Below, piece after piece: positions 26,201-39,900 of a stretch of 64,000 nt of DNA. Both the position numbers and the translations under genes were made by a program. The DNA is from Bugula neritina. Taxonomy: Eukaryota; Animalia; Bryozoa. The DNA lies in contig OZ037771.1 of the NCBI GenBank assembly GCA_964035545.1, positions 3,979,628-4,043,627 of the forward strand. Reading direction: 5' to 3'. Under the pieces are notes generated by a model. That model saw nothing but the letters and a program-made list of their open reading frames with translations. It did not search any database and was not told where the DNA came from. Position 1 is the stretch's first letter. Each line of letters opens with the position of its first letter.

Positions 26201-29200
26201 GTGTAGAAAATCTTTTGTTTGGTGGATTATACAAAATCTTATCTGTTATATTGATTTATGACATGTTTAAATTATTCTAGAATTACATACATAGATAAAG
26301 AAAGTGCCATTAGACAATCGAGTCACTTATACAATGAGCTGTTATCACTCAAGTCTACTATACCAGGGGACATAACTCTACCACTACATATCCCATACAT
26401 ACCATCTCATCAAATTAGCTATGTCACTAATGACACGGGGCATTATATTGATATAGGTAGGTCAGTGAGTATCTTGGTAATAATAGCTATGTGCTGATTC
26501 ACAAAGGTCAAGGTGAAACACGGCTTTAGACCAGAGTGTGTTGAAAGCTCTAAACAATGCGTTTTAATCCTGAACTCATTTGCAATAAGCTTATATCTAA
26601 ATATTTAGAAATTTGATAGTCTTACATGCCTATAAACATGGTACCAATCATCAGATTCATAAATACAAGTGATAAAGCATGACCTAAGATGGCATACAAC
26701 CCTGTTTAGACTTAGATTGTATTCAACATGGAAACAGAAAAATTCAGTATAATTATGTTGAAGGATATAATTATATATGGAAGATATGGTCATTGAGGTC
26801 AAAGGTCATAGTGTGCCTTTGAGTGTTGATCAACTTTAAATTGTTTAACTGAAGCTGTTAATTTTATTAAAAACAGCAGATCAACTTCGAATGAATACAG
26901 GTTAGTTTAGAAGACTATAATATGCTTCTTGCCTCTAGAGTCTAGACTAACTGAGTAAAAGATGCTATAAGTCAAAGAAAAACCAAGTAACAATTTAATA
27001 TCAACAGCACAAGATCTACTAGTTACATTTACTTGTACCTACTAGTACGATGTATCATCAACACCCAGCATATATTAGCTTAGCATAGCAGATATTTGTG
27101 TTACAAAAAAACTGTTCACTGATTCAAACTTGTAAGAAACAGCGGCGATGACCTCGATGACGTAGGTTATGACCTCGGTCATAGCTGTTTTTATGTCACA
27201 ATAAAGTGTACAAGCATTTGCTGTTTATTTTCCAGCATTTGATTGGCTACATTGTCTCTAACAACATAAGCCTCTATATGGACATATGAATATTTGAGCA
27301 TAATATGATGCCCATTATCTTAGCATTTACGAATACTGTTTAAAGCAAAACTTTCAAGAAATCTAGCAGCATGTAACTCTAGTATTTCTGACACAGAAGT
27401 GACAATTCAACATCTCTTGTAGTGGCACTCACTGATATATCACAGTTTACCATGTTGTTCTCAATCTCCGTGCTGCTTGTAAACCCACATAACATGATTT
27501 ACTAAGATATTGGGCTCTCAACTCGACTTAGCCTATGATTTGTGCCAACAATTAAACGAAGGAAAGAGCCTACAATTTGTGACTGACCAATAGATATAAT
27601 AGATAGATAGATCTTAATACACCAGCTTTATATCTTGTCCCGTGTAGAGATACAAGGAGCACTTATTTTGAACTCCTAAATCAGAAAAACTTTCTCTGTA
27701 CTTTATTATCACTACCTGATAGCTTACCTAAAAGTTCGCCCTTTCTCTCTCCTTACAACCACTTGCTCTACCGTAGAAACAGTTCTTCTAGTCACTCAAC
27801 ATATCCTTTTAAATGCCGCACTCAACTTTTAAGATATCTTAATGCTAGCATAAAGTCAAGTGAAATTAATTTATTGCACTTGAAGCTGCATCACTACAAG
27901 TTATAATGGCATGTGCTTGATGAGCAATACGTTGGCTTGCTGTTAGTAACCTGGGAATAGAAGCACAACAAGTATAACTTACACATGTAGAGTTTATACC
28001 ATGTGCTTAATAAAGGACATTGCAATTTAGCACAGTGATAGAACTATATTATGAACTTGAAACCATTAATTTTAACCATCTAGTCAGAGTTTTTATTGAG
28101 TACCAGCACTGAATGTTTCAACTATTGCTAAACAAATGTGAAAATAAGATAAAATTGAAACAGTTATGTAAGAGACGTCCAATGCCAAGCAATGACTTGC
28201 ATTTGCAAATGCAAATAGGTTTAACTGTTTTTTTACATGAAATGCAGTACATGCAAAGGTGAGTGAGTAAGAATGGTGTAGGTGACAACACTAAAATTAC
28301 CATCTGCTGCAGATAGTTTACATTTTTAATAAAATATCATTTTAAAATAAACTCCCCAGCAAGTAAATTAAAATGTATTCATTTTAAAGTTTAAGGGTTA
28401 GTTTTGTACAGGATGCTAAAATATTTCTAAATTTTCTCGTTTTTTATTATCAGAGTTTTGCATCATTCGGTTGGTTACATGCAGCACATGTTTTTATTTA
28501 TGTTAGGGTGGAGTCGGCGAAGCAGAGTGTATCTGGGTCTAATTCATTCCACCAATGAACACGTAGCTATCAAAATAAAAGAGAAAAGCCGAGCTGTGAA
28601 TGAAGCGAGAATATTAGTTCTACTAAACGAGCAGGCAAACATCCCGGTGTTCCATGGGCTACTAGTAATGTCCGAGAGTCATCTACTGGGAGTTGTGTGC
28701 GAGCTAATAGCAGATGGGAGAAATAGTAGGTTCCTATTACATACACTACACTATTACATATAATTTTGTGCAGTTGAATGACATTCCAAAGAGAGAAAAT
28801 CATACTCTTGCAAATAAACCAGTCAACCTAAAGCCAGAGCTTTATGTAAGTTTTAGCAGTTCCATTAAACTTATCATAGAAATCTCGTTACATCATACGT
28901 TTTCAGAATAATTTGTTTGTAGCCAAAGAGATTCGGTCTAAGGATATAAGAACTTTGCTGAGTTTACATAGAAACAGACGGGTCAAGTCTATAAAGATAA
29001 GCAAGTATCAGTGGATGGATATATGCATTGCCATCAGCAAGGTTGTTGTAGATATCCATGACAACCACATCCTGTCCAATGACATCAGTCAGTACAATTT
29101 CCTACTTCGGTAAATGCACAAAAGCAATTCAAAATAATGTGCTATACCACTCAATATTAACATTAGCAAGGTTTATATTCAGGGTATACTAGTAAAGTTA

Positions 29201-30079
29201 TCAAGGCATTAGCTTACGTAAAAATTTAGAACAAATTTGCAGTTTGGATATTGATTTTTGCATTTCACTACACTTATGGCTTCTGAAGCAGTCTTCAAAA
29301 TCATGAGTAAAACACATCATAAAAAAAATTCAATACCTATTAAAGTATTATACCTAACTTGATGAGCCAATCCAGTCACTGCATATTTAGTGCTGCTAAT
29401 ACCATACCTACACCTTGAATGCATTGGTGATTGGCTGACGGTGAAATATTGTTATTTTTTTTCAAAATTATTTTCGTGTGACACTTTAGTTTTAATATGT
29501 GAGAATCAAGTCTTTCTGATTCCCAGTATAAGACAGGTGATGAGTCACATAGCCTTAGCTAAACACAACTTGTTGTAGATTAGAGGGTCAAGGTTGGGTG
29601 CCATATTTAGCTGATGTTTCGTCTGCAGAGAGATTGGTGAACAATACTTTACTGTATGATGAGGAAAAGTGCAGAGGTGTGCAAGAAAAACACAAGTTAG
29701 TAAGTACCTGTAGAATTACATTACACCGAGAGTGAAAATTCCGAATGAAACTTGCTGTGTCACAGTTATAAAGTCATAAGAATGCCGTAACTTCGATTGA
29801 TGTAAAATCTTAATTATCATGTAAATAAAATTTAGACTGAGAGTAGATGAAGAATTGAAAAGCAACAGAACACAGGCTGATGATGTACACAGTTTAGCAA
29901 AAGTCATTTCAGAAGTATACAGAGAAGTTAGGATACCAGGCAATGCTGGTGTGGAGCGGGGCCTTTCAACAGACCCTTCACAAAGACCCACAGCTAGAGA
30001 ACTAATGAACGCGCTTATTTTGCAGAGAAGTCACTTTGGAATCGAGTCGGACAACTCCAATAAAATTATAGAAATATAA
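23224..30079 (+). CDS. Divergent protein kinase / probable pseudokinase with long low-complexity Ser/Thr-rich N-terminal region (5' exons not identified)
   Basis: Exons 23224-23906, 24431-25039, 25387-25480, 25627-25837, 26281-26456, 28507-28725, 28923-29109, 29579-29695, 29836-30079 join in phase. Kinase-fold motifs: IGWSRRSRVY (Gly loop position), VAIK, NEA (alphaC Glu), HILSNDISQYNFLL (catalytic loop), LADVS (DFG position), DVHSLA (subdomain IX), DPSQRPTAREL (subdomain XI). Confidence 0.72.
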
Positions 30080-30979
30080 GACTACCAGCTATTAGTATGC
30101 TACATTTACAAGCACTATTTACATATATCACCAAGAAGACATTACACTAATTTAGAACAATATCGGAAGTTGAGAAAAATTCGTGCAATGAGGGAGGCAG
30201 CTAAAAAATAAGAATTTCTTTTACGAAAGCAGAAACCTGAAGAAATATGACAGAGACACGAGGCATGTTTGGGCTAGAAATAATGTTGGGAGGATAATGA
30301 AAGAGCTAGCAGTAAAATACTAAAGTTTAGCATAATTAATAGTGCAATGCTAAAAAACCGATTTTTCAGCCACTAAAGTTCTTTTGCCTGCAAAATTTGT
30401 TACACAAAGTAAAAAATTAATTAGTCTAAAGCTCACAAAGATAACTATGTATACGTTTATTAGAAAATAATGTAAATTTTAAAATTGACTAACAATAAAT
30501 TGCCTAAGCATTCGAAATGTCTATATCAGCTTTAACAAACCTTATTACATCAGGATTTGAAGTTAGCCTGTTTAGACTATGGAACTGCACTCTTAGAAAA
30601 GTAGGATGGGTAGATGGTCACCACCGTCACATATAATAAACAAAACTAGACTTACACAACTACAGAAGTAATACATAGTTGACAGTGGAAGAGTATATTA
30701 TTATACTGTATATATTACATTCAATATAAATTATCAACTTAGGAATAAATTCTCACAAGCAATTACAGCTAAATTTACGTCACAAGCATGCAATGACATG
30801 TAATACGGATAGCAATAGTTCTTAAATCAGCTCCATCACATTAGAAGGGTTAGTTGAGTGTCCCACCCATATTTCTCATTAATTAGTAGTCTAAAGAGTG
30901 GTGAGATGACCTCAGCTAGAGATAACTGTTCTCAATGATAAGCAATAGATATTGCAATGACATCTAAACTATACATATA

Positions 30980-33900
30980 TTAAAGTTCAGTATGGTCGGG
31001 GTGTTGAGATTGTTGTGAAGATGTGGAATCAGTGTTTTTATTTTTTCTGGAATGTTGCGCATCCCAAAGTGCCATGATTTCTGAGTCATAGTCGACCCAT
31101 TCTGGTACAATCCGTCTGGCAGCGTCTAGTTTGGGTTCTTTAGTCAGCGGGTTGTTACACTGCACAGGAAACAACAAGAAAACGTTACGTACATTACAAC
31201 TAGACCACGTATCACGTCTATAACATGTGTCGGTTTTACATTGAGAAAATAAAAAATATGATGATTTCAAAAAGCCATAAAAATTAATGTGGAAGTAAAA
31301 ATGGTGCATAATTCAAATATATGATTATTTAATAATTATAATACCTAATTATTCAAAAGTACCACACAAATATTGAACTACTTTTTGCAAGATTTGTAGA
31401 AAATACACCCAATTATTTAATGAAAATACTGAAGCTTTACATGATACACCCAATTATTAAAAATAAATAATTACATTTTGCCTGCATTTAAAAGATCATC
31501 TTAAATCAATAAATCTGATGAAACTAATCATATCAAGCTGACATGCAACAGCTGTACCAGCCAAAGACTCACCAAGTCTATGGTCTTTGCAGTAGCTTTT
31601 GACTTTTCACTGCACCACGTGGCACACCACAGCCAGTCTTGAGGCAGGGACTTGATTTTGACTTGGTGTATCATGTTGTTAGGGAGATCCTTTAAATAAT
31701 AGCATATATTTGGTACATGACAGACTGTCAGAGAGAGAGCACCTGCTACAACCTGACATGGCAGTCACAGTATATAAATGGGAAGGTAGCTGCAGCCAAT
31801 AAGGTTATGAGCTTCCTCTGAATATGAATCAAAGTCACGCTCACTACAACACATGTTTATGACATAACGGGAAGGCTTTTATCGGCAACTATTGTTCAAA
31901 ACCATGACCCATTCACCAGGGTGTCCTGGATATTCAAATTAATAAGAAAGTCACCAGGAAGTACAAGGAATCCGAACAACCCCAGGTGAGCCAGAAGTAT
32001 CCTGAACTCACATTGTCAACACGACTACCAACCTGGTCCAAGTTAGCCAAGCTGTTTGGGTCCTGACTCAGCGCCTGGTACTGTCCTCTGAGTCTGTCGC
32101 CTGCAGCAATCTTCCGGAACTTCTTCAAGTCAATGACATAGAGAGCACTGATGTGGTACGGCCTGTTGCCCAGGTGACTAGCCCAGTATCCAGACTTCCA
32201 GAACCTAGTAGAGTAAAAGAGACAGTGAAAGTATGAGGCGAAGAGAGAATATGAGAGTGTGTGTGTGAGAGAGAGAGAGGGGGGAAAGAGAGAGGGAATG
32301 AGATTGAGTTGCAGTTAAAGTACGATTTACCCCATCGAAATGTTTCAGTTTATTTGACTATCTGCACTGTCAGTTAAACTTCAAATTAATTGTTTCAATT
32401 TATAGTAAATTTAGGTCAAAGTCAAAAAATATCTATTTCTGCTGATAAACCAGTTTGCCAAACGTGCAACAGAAAAACTTGAGAGAACGACTCAAAGTAA
32501 AAGAGGTGAACTACAAACCAAAGAAAAGCCACTGCAATGAATTTGCAAAAACTTTCAACAATGTTGCATAATTCAGAAATTAAGCATTCAAAATATTTCC
32601 CTTGCACTGGTACCTGAATCCATCCATTTCCTTGCGATCACTGCAGAAGGGCGTGTACCCGTAGGGAGCCCCTTCTAGGTCAAGGTCAAACAACTCCTGA
32701 ATATCAGTTCTGACAATCTGGTCAGCATCTATGAAGGCCACTTTCTTGATTCCGAGAGGAAAGAGTACGTCCAGGAAGAGAATCTTGTATCTAGAGAATG
32801 TTTACAGAACAGACTTTGGTACATATAGTATACAATTTTACAGGCGAGTTTTCAACTAATTTAATTCCACATGAGTAACCATACACCTGCATATTCCCAC
32901 TAATATCAGGTAAATACACACCCCCACATAATTCTTTGCTTCTCCGTCTGCTGGTTCAGCCATCTTGGCCACTTATACTGGACCAACTCGTACTTGAATC
33001 CGTACTTTTCGGCCATAACTGGGATGAAGTCCTGTAACAGTCAGGTAGAATATAAATGTCTAAACAACTGAACAGCAGGTAACAAGTTATGTAAATCCTC
33101 ATGCAGGTAAAACAGCCATCAGAAATAGACTAAGGGTTGCATCAAATACTACACAGTTATGGCCACCTTTTGTTATACTTTTGTACAATTTATACTAGAG
33201 TAGTATTATAAAAATAAGCAAAGGCCAGAAATACAAAGCTATGCATTATGTGATGTTTTAAAATTAAATGCCATTATTAGTCAAAGCTAAACACCAGAGA
33301 GATGGCATACACTCAGGAAACTGGGAAAGGGTACGTGATAGTTGACCTTGAACTCAGGAGAAACGTAGTTCTTGAGCAGCCAGAACTTGACAGGCGACTT
33401 GGTTTGTTTGACAATACTTAGCATCATAATCCTCATGAGTCTTTCATACAAGTGGCCTGAGGCTAGGGAAAAGATATTCAAGTATTCATCTTTGTCTTCC
33501 TCACTTCCACTTCTTGTGAGGGAGCTGCAGACATACACAACGCTATGAGTAGATAACTCCGAGATACTAGAATAGTTCTCTATGAGTAGACAACTTTCAG
33601 ATACTAGAATAGTTCTCTATACACCGCAACTAGTTTATTATTCTTACAATCATTCACCAACAATAAGCAGACGACATTTATCATGCTCTACAGAGTCATC
33701 CTCTCATGACAATAGAAGGAGTAATTGCATCATGCTTGCACCATGTTATATTACTGAAGCAGTTCTCCCACTTCATGAGTGTACTTCCTTCTCACTGTTG
33801 ACAGGAAGTGAGATATGCAGACACACTGAGTATAGGTGACTAGTGAACATACAGGCATAGCTTAGTCACTAACAATGAGCCAGCATTACTAGTGTATAGG

Positions 33901-36900
33901 CAATTTATTCCACCTTCCAACCAGTAATACACAGCAATGTCACAGCAATGTCACAGTAATGTCACAGTAACACACAGTAATGTCACAGTAATACACAGTA
34001 ATGTCACAATAATACACAGTAATGTCACAGTAACACACAGCAATGTCACCTGATCATACATACACATAGATTGACCTAGAAAATATGTACGTTATATCTA
34101 CATGCAACATTATTATATACACAAATCATAATAGAACCAGCTACACTGAGTGCCATGCAAGGGTCAAGGTCAAGGAAATATACGATGACATGAATACACT
34201 CACATGAATACGACGTATACCCTGATAATATACACTTCACATGCTTCACTATAATTTTTAAATATAAGTGATATATAAGTTACTCCATACGCCTATCTAA
34301 AGTATTGCCCTAAATTAGACTACCTAAAAGTACTTGAGATAGAAACTGACCTTGAAAGAGAATTCCAGATACCACCCTTAGTGTCCTCATCATCTTCACC
34401 ATCAGAGAGGAGGTCCTGGTCCTCTTTCCCTTCCCTTTTCTTCACTTTCATGGAGACTATCTTAGACTTGAATGAGTCCATGACAACCACAACATCCTGT
34501 GATGTAGAGGCACTGTCTGTACGCTCATGGCTGAAATACACAACCATATGCCATCAAACACAGACTATATAGCTATATATATACAAACATGTGCCATCAA
34601 ACACAGACTATATAGCTATATATATACAAACATGTGCACCACTATGTGAAGCATAACTATACACAAGAGTTATCTTACCACTGTATAGAGTATAACTATA
34701 CACAAGAGTTATCTTACCACTGTATAGAGTATAACTATACACAAGAGTTATCTTACCACTGTATAGAGTATAACTATACACAAGAGTTATCTTACCACTG
34801 TATAGAGTATAACTATACACAAGAGTTATCTTACCACTGTATAGAGTATAACTATACACAAGAGTTATCTTACCACTGCATAGAGTATAACTATACACAA
34901 GAGTTATCTTACCACTGTATAGAGTATAACTATACACAAGAGTTATCTTACCACTGTATAGAGTATAACTATACACAAGAGTTGTCTTACCTATTTATCA
35001 TGTAGATATCATCAGATCGCCCTGGTCTCACCATCAGATGCCAAATGCCAGGAGTGGCTTTAAGTTGAAAGTACCCCTGTGAATAGAAGCACAGTACCCC
35101 TATACATATGAAACACAATGAAACTGAATTAAATTTTCTTTAAATCAAAACATTTAACCGCTACCCCACATAGGGGCTTTTGACTGCGGCCACAGAAGTT
35201 AAGAAATAGCCTAAGAACTCACCAAATTTGCCATAACCAGTGTATCGGCTGTAGCGCTTTCAGGAGTCGTGTCGCTTCCTAGTAAAAGTTGAAGCCCTCT
35301 GGGGGGCTGTCCGGTTTCTGCATCGTAGCAATGACCTTCCAGCAGCAGGTACTCCAGTTCGTAAGCTGCCTCTACGCTGGAGCTTACCTGCACAGTGAGA
35401 TATACTTTATTACTGTTATATTATTGTAATGTAACGTATTATATTATTGTAAAACAATACAATGCAATATAATGTAGCAGGAATATAATATCATGCGGCA
35501 CAATACAAACAACATAAAATAAAATGAAAATAGAAACAATGCAATGTGATAATATAATGTAATTACAGCATATTATAATACAGTATATAATAAAATATAT
35601 TATAATACAAAGAATAAAGAGGCATAACCCACCTGCTCCAACTTGATATTGTCAAGGTCGTGTATTGCCTTTACACTTTCCACCAGCCAGCCTTCCGGTG
35701 GCAGCACGTTCAGAGTCAGCACGCTCTTGTGGGGGAGGCTGTCAAACAAAGCCTCGGGACCACTAGCTAGTTCACCTGTAAGGACGGGGCACTGTATAAT
35801 ACTCCTATACTCGTACATATTATTCTAGTGAAACAGTAGTTTACAGACTAAGTGAAAGATACTCAAACATATTGTGGTAAAGTGTTGTGAGTCACACATA
35901 TACAATATATTTGAGTGTTGCATGCAGTATATGTTACAGTGTGTTATTCATGCTAGTTGACTTTATTTGAAACTTCCATTTATATCAAAGTGAATAAGGA
36001 GTGAAATCTAGAAGAAACAGTGTTATACTAAACAATTAAATAAATTTAGTATCAAAATAGATTTCATGTTAAAGTGATGACAAAAATTTTAAAAAGTAAT
36101 TTAAAAAATGGGTTCACTTCCCAAACGTTTGTAAAATATTCAAAACTTGGAGCTAGTGAAGTCATTGAATAATTAAATTAATTACTGTATCAACTCACAG
36201 TCTTTGCAGAGTTAGCTAGGGCTAGGATAATACATGACATGGGACTAAGTCTAAACTCACCTATGACATTGAACTTGATCTCGGGGTCAAGGACGTATCT
36301 ATAATAAGACTTCAGTGGTAGATCACTCAGTTTCTCTTTACAGTTGAGATACACTTTCACTTCACTGTTGACAACCTTCTGCAGAGTCTGTAAACATTCA
36401 TTGTACTTAACTGTAACTCAAAACATGATATTAACAAATGCAATTACAGTAAACATTCAGTTTTTGCAATACAATTAAACTTGTGTATAATTAGTAATGT
36501 ATAGGAAAATGTCGCTTCATATTCTTAACTGTACAAAGATGGTAAATATACTTGGTACACAGTCTATTAGTATGACAGATAACTTGGTACACAGTCTATT
36601 AGTGTAACAGATAACTTGGTACACAGTCTATTAGTATAACAGATAACATGGTACACAGTCTATTAGTATGACAGATAACTTGGTACACAGTCTATTACTG
36701 TAACAGATAACTTGGTACACAGTCTATTAGTATAACAGATAACATGGTACACAGTCTATTAGTATGACAGATAACTTGGTACACAGTCTATTAGTATGAC
36801 AGATAACATGGTACACAGTCTATTAGTATGACAGATAACATGGTACACAGTCTATTAGTATAACAGATAAAATGGTACACAGTCTATTAGTATAACAGAT

Positions 36901-39900
36901 AACTGTGATGCATACCAGAAGAATAGGCAGGATTTTCTGAGCTCCCCTAGACAGAGGTTCTATGATAGCCACGATATCAAAGGCGGGCTCGCTGCTATCA
37001 GCTGGTATATTTATCATACTCAATCCCCCATCTTCTAAACTGATGTCTTTTCGAGATTTATCAGAAGTGGCACAGTTGAGAGTGCCAAGTACGAGAGACA
37101 TGATGTTACTAGACCTTCAACATAGCATAAGTATAGTATACTGCAAGTGTTGTAATTTATATACAGAGTTGCAAGACTTCATTTGAATAAGATATATTAA
37201 TTAATAATACAAAAAAACAATATATTACATAATATTACAGGTAATTGTTTGATAAAATTAAAAAAACTTAAAGCCAAGATATTTGTAGAAGGTGCTTTCT
37301 GAACAATTTCCTTCACAGCAACATAACGCACAGTTTCACACACTTTCACCATGACATAACATAACGCACAGTTTCGCACACTTTCACCATAACGCAACAT
37401 AACGCACTGTTTCACACACTTTCACCATAACATAACATAGTGCACAGTTTCGCACAAACAAACAGCATACTTTGGAGCAGGAAGCTTCATTTTCTTCACA
37501 ATTTTGCTGACTTTGACAACGATGTCTCCGGAAGCTGTGAACCTCTCGAGCAGCGCAAAGTCGTCAGCCGTGAATTCCTCGGCCTCAGCCAACGGCCCAA
37601 TAAGTCTGCTATTGCTGAGCACACCGAGCTCTCCCGGAGACAGAGAGAGTTTAGCACCGGTAAACCGTGAATGTGCTCCGTAGTCAAACTGGTATTTCTC
37701 CAACTTATCAGTGAAAGACTTGACATCCATACCCTATACATACGAGGGCAGAATTGATGAATATACAGCAAAAACCACTGGAGAGCTCAATGGGAGGGTG
37801 AAGAAGTTAAAGTAGAGCTGGTTGCTCAAGTCAATGAATATATTTCACAGACACGCGTGTGTGTAAATATATTACAGAATTATTTTGCTTGAGCATACAA
37901 CTCCAAATTCATATTTGAATTGTAGCAAATACATTTTTGCAGATTCAAATGTTACCCAAGTGTAACCAAGCAGCGCTGTTTTGACTAGACACTCACCGGC
38001 ACAGCAAGCCTCTCAATATCGGCTGCCTCCAAAATAGCTTTGGTTTCTTTGAGCACTTTAGTGATGAAACTTCTCGCCTCATCCGCAGGTAAAGTATCTA
38101 GAGCTAGCTGCACAATGTTGGCGTAGTTAGCCTGTCCCCCTGAGACTATGTTGTGTATCACCCCAACTCTGACCTTCTTCGAATTTTTCTGCAAACAGAA
38201 GACAACTCATAGCATGTATTTTCTGGGAATATGTTGACTTCAGCGGCAGGAAACAACTCCTAGTAGCATGAGGGAATAACTCCTAGTGTCACAAGGAAAT
38301 AGCTCCTAGTAACATAAAAAATTAAATAATTCCCAAGTAACATGAGGGAGTAACTCATACAAATCTCAACAGCGTACTAACAAAAAACTATTTATACATT
38401 CAAGGATTATCTTTGCATTTAATAGCTACACCCACACAACTAATACTAATGTAGAAATTGTAGGAATTCTTTTTTTTTAAATAGAGTGACTTGAGAAATG
38501 TACAAAATATTCCCATGTCTAAAAGAATTACAAAAGATTATATAATAAACTAAAAGTAACACACTTGTATTAAATCTATAAGATAACAATATGAATGCTG
38601 TCCTATCTTCCATGTACATAGACAGCATAGCTAGAAACTCACCATGTGTGACATAGCGTTAAGTAGGAGTTCCCTCCCCTGAATCTGACTCAAATCTGTG
38701 ACAACCAACATTGTGATATCCCTGATGACATCATCACTTCCTTTGTACAGATACTTCAGAGTATCCAAGGAGACATCTACAAAGGAAAAGTACATCAGAC
38801 AGTGGTTTTGTACTCTTCATAAGAAAATACAGCTGCATTCCTGTTAGCCTAAATACCATAGAATAAGAACACGATGAGGGTGGGCAGGCATTGCGTACCG
38901 GAGTTTTGTGTGAGAGATATGCATTTGTTGTCATTGTTGAGTATTTTAGCATTTAGCCTGGGCATCACGTGGTCTTGCATCATCAGCCACTCCAGTGGGT
39001 CCATATCATCTTTTAGTTTGCGCTAAAATATAAGAAAGTATGAATGGCCCAAGGCTTGGTCGGTCAGATTAGTCTAGGTTGACACGAATGAAAGTGGCTC
39101 TTTGCAAGGTAAAAGTTCCAACTAATGTAACTTGAATGCTGAATGTATAACTTGTGCAGATGTGTTTATGACTTAGTCGGTAAAGAGTATATACCTCGTA
39201 CAATAAAGCGTATAACTTATACAGTAGAGCATATGAAATATACAATAGAACGTCTAATTTATACAGTAAAGCGTATAACTTATAGAGTAGTGTATAAATT
39301 ATACAGTAGCGTATGGCATATCTAGTAGAGTGCATGACTAATACAGTAGAAATTATATGCAACAGAGACCTCTATGCAGTATATGCTTTATTGTATATGA
39401 ATTGTGAAAGTGTAGTGTGAAGTGTACAACTTACATGGTAAACAGCTCTCTGGAAAGTGGGCGTGGCTCTGAGCACCTCACCGACAACCACTTCCTCCAT
39501 GGTGTCATCAGTGACATCTGTCAGAGGGACACCATTCAGCAGGTGAGAGGGCAGGGAACTGAGACCAGATCTCTTGTAGAACTCATAGGATTTCTGCAGA
39601 AGAACGGCAGGAAGTGAGAAGCTAGACTGAGTTCTCCCTGCTCCGTAGGGGACTACTAAGACTTGTGCCTTATTTCAGATCAATATTTGCGTATTACATA
39701 TAATAATCTTCATATAGCATCAAACCACAGTTACGAGTATCGCGATAATTAAAAATGACCTAAAATCATACTATAGTATATAAATTACAATTCAATGTAA
39801 ATATGCCATAACTTGCACACCTTTATAACAAGTACATACTAATTAACATTACCTGACGATTATTTATGTAATCTTCATCTTCAATAACCTCTTCCAAGCT

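Noticed and set aside
34608-35005. Repetitive ORFs ([13 protein letters not shown])n and ([13 protein letters not shown])n; superficially CRISPR-like array
   Set aside because: The 39-bp units are head-to-tail with no unique spacers and no cas genes. The ORFs are out of frame with UGGT and arise only because 39 is divisible by 3.
36551-36903. 32-bp array as a CRISPR candidate
   Set aside because: No spacers; it is a eukaryotic intronic minisatellite.
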